NCBI RefSeq assembly: GCF_030684315.1
Contig: NC_081366.1
Span: forward strand, 76,911,723 to 76,975,722
From: Stegostoma tigrinum
Taxonomy: Eukaryota
Direction of reading: 5' to 3'
DNA: 64,000 bases
How positions within the stretch are numbered: the stretch's first letter is position 1; every line of letters starts with the position of its first letter. Under the pieces are notes generated by a model, which saw only the letters and a program-made list of their open reading frames with translations, ran no database searches and had not been told where the DNA came from. Below are positions 50,084 through 61,830 of the stretch, one piece after another. The position numbers and the translations under genes were made by a program.

Positions 50084-51344
50084 CTACAGCAAAGACAGGA
50101 ACAGATCATTAGACCAAAGATTCAATGAATGCTTTATCACATGCATCTGACCAAATGCGTTTTGAATATGTTAAGTGAAGGCAGAGAGCAGTGATTTTCT
50201 TTGTAAAATATTATCAATAAGTTATAACAGCAAAATCAATTAATCACTCAGAAATGTAATAGAACTATGGAGTTCGGACCTACAGGTTTGAGAAAAAGTA
50301 ACCGTAAAAGGTTTTCCAGCTCTTACTTCTAACTTCAAAATGATAAATGATAAAACCTCCATAATTCTGATGTTATTAAAATTTACTCAAATTGAAGTCA
50401 ATGTACTAATGGATGACATTGTTATAATCCCTAACAGCTCATTTGTCACTATTTGACAGAATAGCAATTTCGTCTGTCAATATTTCAGACTAATCTCAAA
50501 CACATGAAATAAACTTCCAACGGCCTCCTAACTGAATTAATTGAGAGAATAATTAGAAATATTTTGCATGGAACTCTTGCTGCACACTATTCTAAGATTT
50601 ATAAGGCACATAGATGTGAGCTGAGTATCTGGAATGAAAAATATTGAAACAAAGGAGAGAGAATTTAAAAAGACGTAAGGGGCAAACCTTCCAGGAAGAG
50701 AATCATTTGCGTGTGGAATGAACTTCCTGAGGAAGTAGTGGATGTGGGTACAGTTACAGTGTTTGAAAGACTTTTGGACATTTACACGAATAGGAAAAGT
50801 TTGGAGGGATATGGGCCAGGGGCAGGCAGGTGGGACTAGTTTCGTTTGGGACTACAGGTTGGACCAAAAGATCTGTTTCCATGCTGTACAGCTCTATGAA
50901 TGTATGGCTGTAAAAATGTTGTTGTCTTTGAAAAATAAAATAACTTAAGAGTATTTTAACATATGGCTAATCATGTAATTATAAGATTAGTTTGGTCTTA
51001 ATGTTTTGGTCATTTTATACATAAATCTAAAATTATGGGGAAGCTATCAGATGGTCCTGTCAATATATTACTTGACATATTTAAGATAACACAAATCATG
51101 TCTCCCCACAGCAATGCCCACTGCAACCTGGGGGAGGCACTGGTTTGAGACAAGCATGTGAAGTACAAAGGGGCAGTATCAGTTTTATTAATGGACACTT
51201 GACCCTAATGTTCCTTAAAATCATTTTATAATAAAAAAGATAAAACCAATGTTTAACATAAATAACTAATCAGGTATACCGTAAGGCTTGAACACTAATT
51301 ATGTTATAATTAGTTAGAACATTAATGTTCTAACTTATATAGGG

Positions 51345-51920
51345 GTTGAGAAGTTACATTAAGGTTGTACAGGACATTGGTGAGGTCGCTTCTGGAATAC
51401 TGTGTCCAGGTCTGGTTGCCCAGTTATAGGAAGGATATTATAAAGCTGGAGAGGGTTCGGAAAGGATTTACCATTATGTTGACCGGAATGGAGGGTTTGA
51501 GTTATAAGGAGAGGTTGAATAGGCTGGGACTTTTCTCAGTGGAGCATAGAAGCTTGAGGGTATCTTATAGAGGCTTATAAAACCATGTGGAGTATAGATA
51601 GGGTTGAAAATTGTTGTCTTTTCCCGAGGATGGGGGATTTCAAGACTAGGGGTCATATTTTTAAGGTGAGAGGAAAGAGATTTAAAAAATACATGGGGGC
51701 AATTTTTTTACACAGAAATTTGTTGGCGAGTGGAGCGAACATTTGCAGGAAGTGGCAGATGTGGGCACTGTTACAACGTTTTAAAAGCATTTAGAAAAGA
51801 ACATGAATAAGAAAGGTTTGAAGGGATATGGGCCAGGAGCAGGTATTTGGGACTAGTTCAGATTGGAATTATGTTTGGCATGGACTGGTTAGACCAAAGA
51901 GTTCCATGCTGTATGACTGT
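51345..51920 (+). mobile_element. CR1 LINE 3' fragment
   Basis: Encodes YRTLVRSLLEYCVQVW...KTRGHIFKVRG. Confidence 0.85.
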
Positions 51921-52866
51921 GTATGTCAGTAAGGGATAAATCAATTCACACAACTTATGTTGTATTTGCCACACAATGGAGAGTCTACAGAACGTATCCC
52001 TATAGTACCTGATGCACAAAATTGGTCTAAAAAAGATAATTAATTTCTGAAATGAAAATATAAAACACTAGAGATTCTCAACAGATCTTACAGCACCTTG
52101 GAGAGAGAAACAGAGTGAATGTTTGGCTTGATTTCTTTTAGCAGATTTGAGAGATTTTGGAAATGTGCAATGAATTTAAAGTAAGAACAGTTGGTGGAGA
52201 GTGGGAAATGGAACAAAGGGGAAGGTGGCTGACAGGGTGTAAAGCAGGAGAGGTTCTCGTCATTTATCCTATTTTCCACTCCCTTTGGTTGTTTGCATTA
52301 AATACCCTTTTGTCATTAAATCTCGCTTGCCCCCAACTTTATCACTGACATTCCCTAAAAGGACAATAGCAGTGGATGCTTGGGAACACCACTGCCTGCC
52401 AATTCCCTCTGAACCACACACCAGCCTGATCTGAAACTATATCACCATCCCTGCACTGTTGCTTGGTCAAAAACCTGGACCTCTCTTCCTTATAACACTG
52501 TGGCTGCATCTACACTATGTGGACTACAGCCATGTAAAAACGCAATTCATCATCACCTTCTCAAGGGCAGCTAGAAATGGGCAACAAATGTTGACCTTCC
52601 CGGTAACACCCACATGCCAGGAACAAATAAAAGCCAGTTTCCAGTCACCAACTTCAGATGTTGTAGATGCTGAAGAGCCATTAAGAATTATTGGGGAACA
52701 CAAGTTACAAAGAAGGAAAGTCACGCAAACCTTTTCAACCAAAAGCATAAAAGAACTGAGAAATATTTTAAGCTATCACAAAAAGTAATCCAAGTGAATA
52801 AAAGTCAAAACGAGATAAACAGTACTTCTGGAAAGTGGTAAACTTTCAATCAATCAGTTTGATTAG

Positions 52867-53176
52867 GAGATAGTAGGAGCTGCTGATGCTGGAGAATCTG
52901 AGATAACAACGTGTAGAGCTAGATGAACACAGCAGGCCAAGCAGCGTCAGAGGAGCAGGAAAGCTAACATTTCGGGCCTAGACTCTTCATCAGAAACACA
53001 CATTTAAAATACAATTTAAACTCCACTGCGAAGCCTCCTCTAAGGATGCCTATCCTGAAGAAGTTACCCTCCAGAGCATTTCTGAAGAAGGGTCTAGGCC
53101 CGAAACATCAGCTTTCCTGCTCCTCTGATGCTGCTTGGCCTGCTGTGTTCATCCAGCTCCACACCTTGTTATCTTT
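52867..53176. mobile_element. Palindromic mini-Penelope insertion with an approximately 80-bp spacer and 15-bp TSD
   Basis: Inverted arms; TSD aat[c/g]agtttgattag (52852-52866, 53177-53191). Confidence 0.8.
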
Positions 53177-53490
53177 AATGAGTTTGATTAGTTGGGTTCA
53201 TCTACTAAATTCAGGGAACGTATTAACCCCCATCATCATTCCTCCTTTTCAAAACTGTTGCAGGTTGGATACTTGCGTGAAGTTATATTATCGAAATTAG
53301 AACCGTTTTGTACTCTGGACATCTGAGAGATTGCATTAGAAAACGTTCAAACAAAGAGTAACAACTGTACACGAATGGCTGTAGGGGACACATTGGCTAA
53401 GTTCTGTTCAAGTGGTGAGACTTAATAAGAAGCCAGCAATCAAAAATGGTTCTACAAAGGATCTAGAAACATGTTGTTCAATGGACATAC

Positions 53491-53814
53491 CATTTATACT
53501 GATCTTTCTGATGAGTGGAGAAGGCAAGGCTTCATGTGAAACAATACAAAAGTAACGAGAACCACTGAGCCACCGAGATGTTGAAATCGTCAATTTACTA
53601 ATTGTAGTGTAATGGTTATTTGAATCCACCAGTCTACGTAAGTCAGTGATGCCTGAGAATATCTGTCTGCCCCCTTCATACCAAGACACAGATATATTCT
53701 CCGGGTAAAACTCTCTTGACACACAAAGCAGCGAGCTATCCGCCTGTGGGAATTCTTTCTCAGGCGTTACGTAATGGAGATGCACAGAAGGTGGTCGTGA
53801 TAAAATGGCTGAAA
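53491..53814 (-). CDS. Ig C1-set constant domain exon 1
   Basis: ccccttctag|TT TCA...AAT G|gtatgt, 324 bp, phase 1/1 (an alternative in-frame acceptor lies 6 nt downstream). Encodes PPSVHL...LLCVSREFYPENISVSW...YTTISKLTI...WLSGSRYFCIVSHEALPSP. Confidence 0.92.
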
Positions 53815-54077
53815 CTAGAAGGGGAAAAGGCAATTAATTTTCATCATATTCATTGTGCATTCAGGACTTAAATATATAACTGTCAAAGATTCTCAACTTT
53901 CACTTATTGGGACAGATGCAAGAATACCAAAATACAGGCCTCCAGCCCTCGCCCATCTTTCATCCAACCCACGTTCCCATGTCCCTCTGTACCAAACAAC
54001 AGTCCCATCTGCACACCTCAAAACCCTCAGTAACCTCTCTGCCCAACTCATCGCCATGGCCCTTTATAGCCTCAAAT

Positions 54078-54490
54078 ACACCCCATGCGTCTGTACTCAC
54101 CCCCATAATCCCTCATACCCCATGCGTCTGTACTCACCCCCATAATCCCTCATACCCCATGCGTCTGCACTCACCCCCATAATCGCTCGTACTCCATGCT
54201 TCTGTACTCACCCCCATAATCGCTCATACTCCATGCTTCTGTACTCACCCCCATAATCCCTCATACCCCATGTGTCTGTACTCACCCCCATAATCCCTCA
54301 TACCCCATGCGTCTGTACTCACCCCCATAATCCCTCATCCCCATGCATCTGTACTCACCCCTATATTCCCTCATACCCCTTGCTTCAATACAAACCCCCA
54401 TATTCCCTCATACCCCATGCATCTGTACTCACCCCCATAATCCCTCATCCCCCTTGCCCCTGTACTCACCCCCATAATCCCTCGTACCCG
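54078..54490. repeat. 37-bp minisatellite, about 11 copies (ccccatgcgtctgtactcacccccataatccctcata)
   Basis: Period 37 (54081, 54118, ...). Lies in the V-C1 intron. Confidence 0.92.
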
Positions 54491-54599
54491 ATGACAATCT
54501 ACACATCCTAACAACTGCCACATCCCTGATGCATGCTATTCTAACCCATAACGCCCCAGCCCACCTCAGAACCCAAGAGGGGTTTGTATAAGATGTATC

Positions 54600-56772
54600 G
54601 AAAATGGATTGGGGCTATTTTCCGTGGGACGTCAGAGGCTGAGGGGTGACTTTATGGAGGTTTCTAAAATCATGAGGGGAATGGATAGGGTGAGTAGACA
54701 AGATCTTTTCCCCAGGGTAGGGGGAGTCCAAAACTAGAGGGGCATAGGTTTAAGCTGAGAGGAGAAAGATTTAGAAAGGACCTGAGGGGTTAACTTTATC
54801 TCGCAGAGGCTGGTGTGTGTATGGAATGAGCTGTCAGATAAAGTGGAGGAGCCTGATACAATTAATACATGTAAAAACATCTGGATGGGTACATTAATAG
54901 GAAGGGTTTAGAGGGATATGAGCTAAATGCTGGCAAATGGGGCTAGATTCATTTAGGATATCTGGTCAGTATGGATGAGTTGGGCACAAGGGTCTGTTTC
55001 TGAGCTGTAGAGGTCTATGACTCTATGACTGTAAGTATAATGAGGGAAGAGAGAGCAGAAACTACAGAGACACTGGCAACAATTTCCCCTTGGACACAGA
55101 GGGATGGTGACGGAGGACGGAGGAATTGCAAATGTTCTGCACTCGTTCAAAACGGAGTGTAAAGATAGACCGACTAACGACAGATTGGTTAGTTTAACAT
55201 CAGCAGCTGGGCAACTTCTTGAGACAATATTTCAGAATGTAATCAGCAGCCACTGGACAATATTGAACTTGCTGGAGGTTTTAGATGATGTAACAAAGGC
55301 TGACACAGCCATCCATGAGCCGCTCGAAAGGTGCGGGAGCCAAACTAGAACATGTGGAATGAAAGGGGTAGACACAACATAGAGGCGACGATGGTCGAGA
55401 GACAGCAAACAGAAAGTAATAATTAATGAGATAATAGGAACTGCAGACGCTGGAGAATCCAAGGTGTAGAGCTGGATGAACACAGCAGGCCAAGCAGCAT
55501 CAAACACCTTTCAGGGGAGCATTTGCAGCTCAGTTCCTTGGGCGTCAGTGGTGGGCGCCTTGGTTTTCCAAATATTAGCTTATCTTGGCACACGTTTCAA
55601 AACACACAAACTGTACAAAACCAAGGCAGCATTGTAAACTGTGCAAATGAAGTTCGAAAGGGCAGTTGGAAAGACAGAGACAGAGTTAAGGGGAGGGAAG
55701 CGAGGCCACGCATCTTGGTCAGAAGAACACAAAATAAAAGATGCATGTTTAAAGTAGGTGCAGGAGTGAGGGACGTGAGTGTATCTGTGCATCAGTCATT
55801 AAAGATTGCAGGACAGGTCAGAATACCCTAAACTTTATTAATAAGGGCAAAGCTTGTAAGATCAAGGAGGCCACAGTGAGCTAATACAAGACACTTAGCT
55901 CAGTTTACTGGAACATTGTACCTAGTACTAGTGCTGTACTTTAGGAAGGATAGTGAAGCCATTCGAAAGAATGCAGACAAAGCTTTACAAGAGTGGGACC
56001 AGGACTGCGGAATTTCAGTTACGGAGATAGATTGGAGAAGCTGGGACTACAGGAGATCTGACTAAATTGTTCAAAATAACGTGAGGCCTGCACAGAACAG
56101 ATAGGGAGAAAGTGTTCCCATTCATGAAAGGCTTGAGAATGAAAAGGCACATGTTTAAAGTAAATTGCTAAAATAAGGCATGAGGAAAAATTTTTCTCAC
56201 ATAGTGAGTGCTTAGGACCTGGAATGCACTGCCTGAGAGTGGGGCGAAGTCACGATTGAACTGAGGCTGTTGAAGGGGAATTAGACAGTTACTTGGAAAG
56301 GAGCACTGTTCAGGTTCACTTGGACAAGCCAGGGGAATGGCACTAAGTGAAGTGGTCATTTGGAGGGCTGGTGAAGACTCAATAGATTGAGTGGTCTCCT
56401 ACCCCAGAGGTGCTGACCTGCTCCATCTACGGCTGGGAAATGCTATCAGTTGTTAACTTATCCTTAGGATGTGGGGGGGGGGGGGGGGGGGGGGGGGCGG
56501 TTTCAAGACACGGTAGGGGGGCACATTTTCAAGGTGAGAGAAGAGAGACCTTTTTTTACAGAGAGAGTAGTTCACGTGTGGAATGAACTTCCTGAGGAAG
56601 TGGTGGATTTGGGTACAGTTACAACGTGTTAGAGACATTTGGATAAGTACATGAATAGGAAAGGTTTGGAAAGATATGGGCCAGGAGCAAGCAGGTGGGA
56701 CTAGTCTGATTTAGGATTATGGTCAGCATGGGCTGGTTGGACTGAAGGATCTGTTTCTGCGCTGTGTGACTC
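54600..56772 (+). mobile_element. Several CR1 LINE fragments, with a Penelope terminus at about 55427-55500
   Basis: CR1 3' motifs (gaggctgaggggtgac, gtatggaatgagctg, gggatatg...). Confidence 0.7.
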
Positions 56773-57145
56773 TGTGGCTATCTGGTTCAACCCACATCAG
56801 TTTAACCAAACGGGCGTTTTCAAGTTCTATCAGCACCAGGTTTGGGTTATTCCTCTTGCTCCATATAAACTACCCCCCCCCCCCACCCCCCGGGGCTCTT
56901 GTGGTGCAGTGGTAATGTCCCTACTCTGGACCTGGAGGGCTGGGTTCATGTCCCACCTGCTCCAGCAGTGTATAATAACATCTCTGACCAGGTCGATTTG
57001 GAAAATATCTATAAACAGCATCCGACATGTTGGGAAGACCTCAGCTATCACAGTTCGGGTGAAACATCAGAGACTGATGCAATATTAACCGTTTCAACAG
57101 CCGGAGTAAATGCTCTGATCTGCTTCAATATGCTCCTTCACTCAC

Positions 57146-57496
57146 ATGCTTTGACCTTCAGTGTGGTCCCACAGGCACACCAGTCATCTCCTACCTCACC
57201 ACTCTGGCAGTAGTATGTGGCGGAGTCCTCCAGCCTCAAGGCGTCGATTTTTAGACCATATTTGCTGCCGCCGGCTTGAGAGAAGCGAGGCTCGATCCCT
57301 GGCATTCGAGTCGCCTTTTTCTCTCCCGGCTTCCAGTTCATGAGCCACTTGGTTTCTGAAGAGCCCGGGCTCACGTATCCCCACTTCATAAGGAGCTTCT
57401 CATTAGAACTTAAACACTCAAGTGTCACTGATCCTTGCTCCTGGGCGAGCACAGTAGCCGAAGGCATCGACAGAGCAGTGTGGGGTACAACTGGAC
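57146..57496 (-). CDS. Ig V-set domain exon with built-in J-like segment (germline-joined VJ)
   Basis: ccatttcag|GT CCA...AAA GCA T|gtgagt, 351 bp, phase 1/1. Contains GSVTLEC, KW, RFS, LKIDALRLEDSATYYC and a J-like WCACGTTLKV. Confidence 0.9.
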
Positions 57497-57586
57497 CTGA
57501 AATGGAAGAGATAGAAAATCACCAAGTGAGCCGCACAGGCCCAGTGTGAATGAAGATAAACCCACACCAGGGGATTAGCTCCTTAC

Positions 57587-57629
57587 CCAACTGCAGGCTG
57601 ATCAGAACAAAGATGCAGAACATTTTCAT
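57587..57629 (-). CDS. Leader (signal peptide) exon of the Ig-superfamily VJ-C1-C1-TM gene
   Basis: ATG AAA ATG TTC TGC ATC TTT GTT CTG ATC AGC CTG CAG TTG G|gtaagg encodes MKMFCIFVLISLQL(G). 43 bp, phase 1, followed by a 90-bp intron: the Ig/TCR-style split leader. Confidence 0.8.
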
Positions 57630-57730
57630 CTCGGTTTGTCTGCTCAAGAAGTTTCCACAATTCACAATTGAGTTCTGTTCCACGGTGAGGAATGGATTTT
57701 GTAATTGCTCTTTGGTTGATGAGCACTTAC

Positions 57731-57960
57731 AGGGAGCTGGTTACGAAGGTGCTGAGATTCTCCAGACTTCTCACTGAGAAATAGCAGATTTCTGGCGGTC
57801 ACGCTGTGTTTACTGTGGGTCAGTGTAAGCTGACCAAGCGAGAGCTTCTGGGATTTAGCAGGGTGCCTCCTCCCTTCCCCTCCCCACCCCGGAGATATCA
57901 CTCAGGAAACAGAGCTAAATAAAGCCCTGCCAAACCTGCTGAGCTTTTAAATATTCAGGA
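57731..57960 (-). promoter_or_regulatory. Candidate promoter and 5'UTR exon of the Ig-like gene
   Basis: Consensus donor CCT|gtaagt at 57730 and acceptor gagcag| at 57640 before the ATG. Upstream are a CACCC box (57882-57890), AGTGATATCT (57893-57902), two CAGGAA ETS cores and TATTTAAAA (57945-57953). Confidence 0.35.
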
Positions 57961-58029
57961 AACAAAAGACTCTCTGAAAAACGAAACTAGCAACCAGAAA
58001 TCGGCTCGATTGCAGGGCTGCTTCCCTCT

Positions 58030-58720
58030 GGTTGATGCGAGATTCCTCACTCGGCTTCATCAGACCTTTGCCACTCTCTGTACCACCTCTCCATGGTACC
58101 CATCCTGTGACACTGCCAGCTCGTCAATGCTGGAAGTGTCGCTCCTGCCAGCACCTTCCTGCAATTTCCTGCATTGGATCCGCTTATGGAATGCGGTTGG
58201 GTTCCCAGCCAAGCCGTTGTCACCCAGTATCGGCCAAACACGAGGCCCACAGGAAAATGGACTTTTCGGAGAGCACCTCAGTAGCACTTCACTCCAATGG
58301 TTCACATTCGACAACGCTTTGCCCCGCAGGATCCCTGCCCCTGACGTCAACGCAGTTGCCAGCCCAATGCACCCCTTCCCAGATGTCAGTCTCATCTCAC
58401 ATCTGCTCACTGGAAATGGTTAAAGATGCACAGCAACCAGCAAAAGGAAAGAAAAACAGGCCTCCACACTTCAAGCAACAACAACCTCGATGCAGTGAGC
58501 ACCCAGCTCACATCGACTGGCAGTGCAGCCCGTTGCCGGCTCATTCTGCATCACTCTGTCATGCTGAAGGTGCTCTCCCTCCTGCTCAATGTCCTCCTCT
58601 CTTCTCCTCAGAAGACCGCTGTTGCTCTCCTGGGTCTACAGTCTCCATCACATCCTCACATTGCCTGCTCCCCTCTGTACCCCAGCATGCTGCAGTCAAT
58701 CCCAGGGATGGGCATGGCTC
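58030..58720 (-). mobile_element. Possible degenerate RTE-type LINE remnant
   Basis: Scattered frame-broken RTE C-terminal-like motifs (TEVLS, R.WLG). Confidence 0.3.
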
Positions 58721-58784
58721 ACAGTGACCCAACCCTGACTGAGTCAAGCAGGCAGCCCCGATTAATGGGTGAACAGGCCCCTGT

Positions 58785-59458
58785 CTGATCTCTGAAGATC
58801 TCTGACTGATCTCCGTGAGGATATCTGACTGATCTCTGTGAAGATCCCTGACTGATCTCCAAGAAGATCCCTGACTGATCTCCAGGAAGATCTCTAACTG
58901 ATCTCCAAGAAGATCTCTGACTGATCTCTGTGAAGATCCCTGACTGATCTCCGTGAAGGTCCCTGACTGATCTCCATGAAGATCCCTGACTGATCTTCAA
59001 GAAGATCCCTGAGTGATCTCCGGGAAGATCTCTGACTGATCTCCATGAAGATCCCTGACTGATCTTCAAGAAGATCCCTGACTGATCTCCGGGAAGATCT
59101 CTGACTGATCTCCAAGGAGATCCCTGACTGATCTCCATGAAGATCTCTGACTGATCTCCGGGAAGATCTCTGACTGATCTCCGTGAAGGTCCCTGACTAA
59201 TCTCCGTGGAGGTCCCTGACTGATCTCTGTGAAGATCCCTGACTGATCTCTGTGAAGATCCCTGATTGATCTCTGTGAAGATCCCTGACTGATCTCCGTG
59301 AAGAACCCTGACTGATCTCCGTGAAGGTCCCTGACTGATCTCCGTGAAGGTCCCTGACTGATCTCCGTGAAGATCCCTGACTAATCTCCGTGAAGATCTC
59401 TGACTGATCTCCGTGAAGGTCCCTGACTGATCTCCGTGAAGATCCCTGACTGATCTCC
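58785..59458. repeat. 23-bp minisatellite, about 29 copies (gatccctgactgatctccgtgaa)
   Basis: Period 23 (59283, 59306, ...). Confidence 0.95.
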
Positions 59459-60929
59459 ATTTTTTTCACAAACTGCTTGTATTGGCCTTTCTGGACTAAC
59501 TGTGCCCCGTTTGCTAAACAGTGGTGGTAATGGACCCAGTAACACTGACCACACTAGTGGGTGTCTGGCCATAGCCATGCCCCTGGTCTGATATTGGACA
59601 CTGCCCTCTGTTCTGGAAAACCCTGTCAGGGGTCTAAGTAAGGACCACCCTTCTCAAGCTTCAGAACATGATCATATATGGGTGTGAGATTGATGGAACA
59701 GCAACATGGCTAGTGCCTGAACTGCCTGATTTTGTAACGCGCTCATAAAGGCAAAGCATTTGCCTTCAAGCTCTGACTATGGGGACAGAATGTATACTAG
59801 TAAGGCAAAGCAGAGACACTGTGAGCATCATAGAAGGCACAAAGTAATAGAGCACTAACAGAGCAGGGGACGAGACCTGAGATGCTCCCCAGTGTAATCC
59901 ATGACGTGGGCCACCCCTTCCCCTCCACACACGGTGGCCTGGCCCCAAAGATGCCAGTGCGCTCCAAAATGCAGCACTGAAGTGCACAGCCATATAGTAA
60001 GTGGGTCAGAGATGTGTGCCACGATTCTGCATTGAGGCTGTTACGTGCCCAATGCCAGGCCCCACTGCCCGTGCTCAGCAGGCCTGAGGGGCTAAGGAGC
60101 TAGCAGTCACCAGCTAACAGCTCAGACTTCCTGCTGGATAACTGCTGCAGTTTAGTTTCGGTAGGGTACGTGGGACAATTGCCCACATCATTCGGAAAGA
60201 TTCTGCCACAGGACTTAGTCTGAGAAGTCCCACACTTGGAGTCATCAGTAAAACACTGAGTTCCTGACAGAGCTTTGGAACAATCTAAGAAGAAATTGGA
60301 TACTGCAGTCAAATAGTCTTCTTTTTAAATTCGGGAATGTTTATCCGAACTAGCACAACATCTCACTAACCACAAGTGATAGATGAATTACCAGAAATTG
60401 TACGTCACAGTACTAGGCTACTTATAGAACACGTGTCAGATTTTGGAAATGCTTTGCAATCATTGTACAGTTTTCTGTTTTATGTAGTCCATATTATTCC
60501 AATTCTTTTAGAAGTGTATGGCTTCATTTATTAGGCATGCATCAGAAATAAATGCATTATGTATTATAGAAACTGTGAGAAATTGGCCAAACTGATATCA
60601 AACTGATACCTTAATTATTTGAATTAGCGAATGATCACAACTGTTTTAACAAAACCTATGTTTGCTTCCTTACTGCAAACATGCAATTTTGTACAAGTCG
60701 GCTTTTAATTAGATTGAGTGCAATCTAGCAAAAGAACACTGTAAATATGTAAAGTATCTATAATGTAATAAAAACACCGCAAAATGTTTCACAATAGCAT
60801 TAGAAAATAAATGTTGACATCCTGCCACATGAGATAATATCAGGGCAGATGGTTGGAGTGTATCAAATATGTACACTTTAAAGGTTTTCATCGTTTATAT
60901 AAAATATTGGGGTGTGAAGGTAGGAAGTA

Positions 60930-61830
60930 TGGGTTAGTAAGTTTGCAGAAGACAGCAAAATGGGTGGCGTAGTGGACAGCGAAGAAGGTTACCTCAGGGT
61001 ACAATGGGACCTTGATCAGATGGTCCAATGGGCTGAGGTGTGGCAGATGGTGTTTAATTTAGATAAGTGTGAGATGCTACCTTTTGGAAAGGCAAATCAG
61101 GGCAGAAAGTATATGCTTAATGGTAAGGTCCTGGAGAGTGTTGCTAAACAAAGAGACCTTGGAGTGCAGGTTCATAGTTTCTTGAAATTGGAGTCCTATG
61201 TAGGCATGATGGTGAAGAAGGTGTGATTGCCTTTATTGGTCGGTACACTGAGTACAGGAGTTGGGAGGTTACGTTGCGGCTATACAGGACTTTGGTTAGG
61301 ATGCTTTTGGAATATTGCGTGCAATTCTGGTCTCTCTGCTGTAAGAAGGATGTTGTGAAACTTTAAACAGTTCAGAGAAGATTTACAAGGATGTTGCCGG
61401 GATTGGAGGGTTTGAGCTACAGGGAGAGGCTGAATAGGCTGGGGCTGTTTTTCTGGAGCAGCAGATGCTGAGGGGTGACCTTATAGAAGTTTATAAAATA
61501 TTGAGAGGCATGGATAGGGTGAATAGTCAAGGTGTTTTCCCCAGGGTAGGGGAGTCCAAAGCTAGAGAGCATAGGTTTAAGGTGAGAGGGGAAGGAGTTA
61601 AAAAGATCTGGAGGGGTTAACTTCACACAGAGGCTAGTGTGTGTATGGAATGAGCTGCCAGAGTGGTGAGTGGTGGAGGCTAGTACAGTTACAACATTTA
61701 AAAGGCATCTGGATGGGAATAAGAATGGGAAGGGTTTAGAGGGATATAGGTCAACTGCTGGTAAATAGGATTAGATTCATTTAGGATACCTGGTCAGTGT
61801 GGACGAGTTGGACCAAAGGGTCTGTTTCCA
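60930..61830 (+). mobile_element. CR1 LINE 3' fragment
   Basis: Encodes KFA...GGVVDSEEGY.RVQ.DLD...WQMVFNLDKCE...RDLGVQV. Confidence 0.88.

Noticed and set aside
53408-53490. Hydrophobic read-through after C exon 1 (possible GPI or short isoform)
   Set aside because: A canonical donor is present and there is no transcript evidence; the stretch is short enough to be chance.
56474-56497. Long poly-G run
   Set aside because: A homopolymer expansion inside a CR1 fragment; its length is error-prone in sequencing.
53815-57145. RSS-flanked D/J segments in the V-C intron
   Set aside because: No heptamer-spacer-nonamer or separate J exon was seen; the intron is CR1, SINE and minisatellite.
58719-59578. 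Repetitive ORFs (EISQGSSRRSVRDL...)
   Set aside because: Translation of the 23-bp minisatellite.
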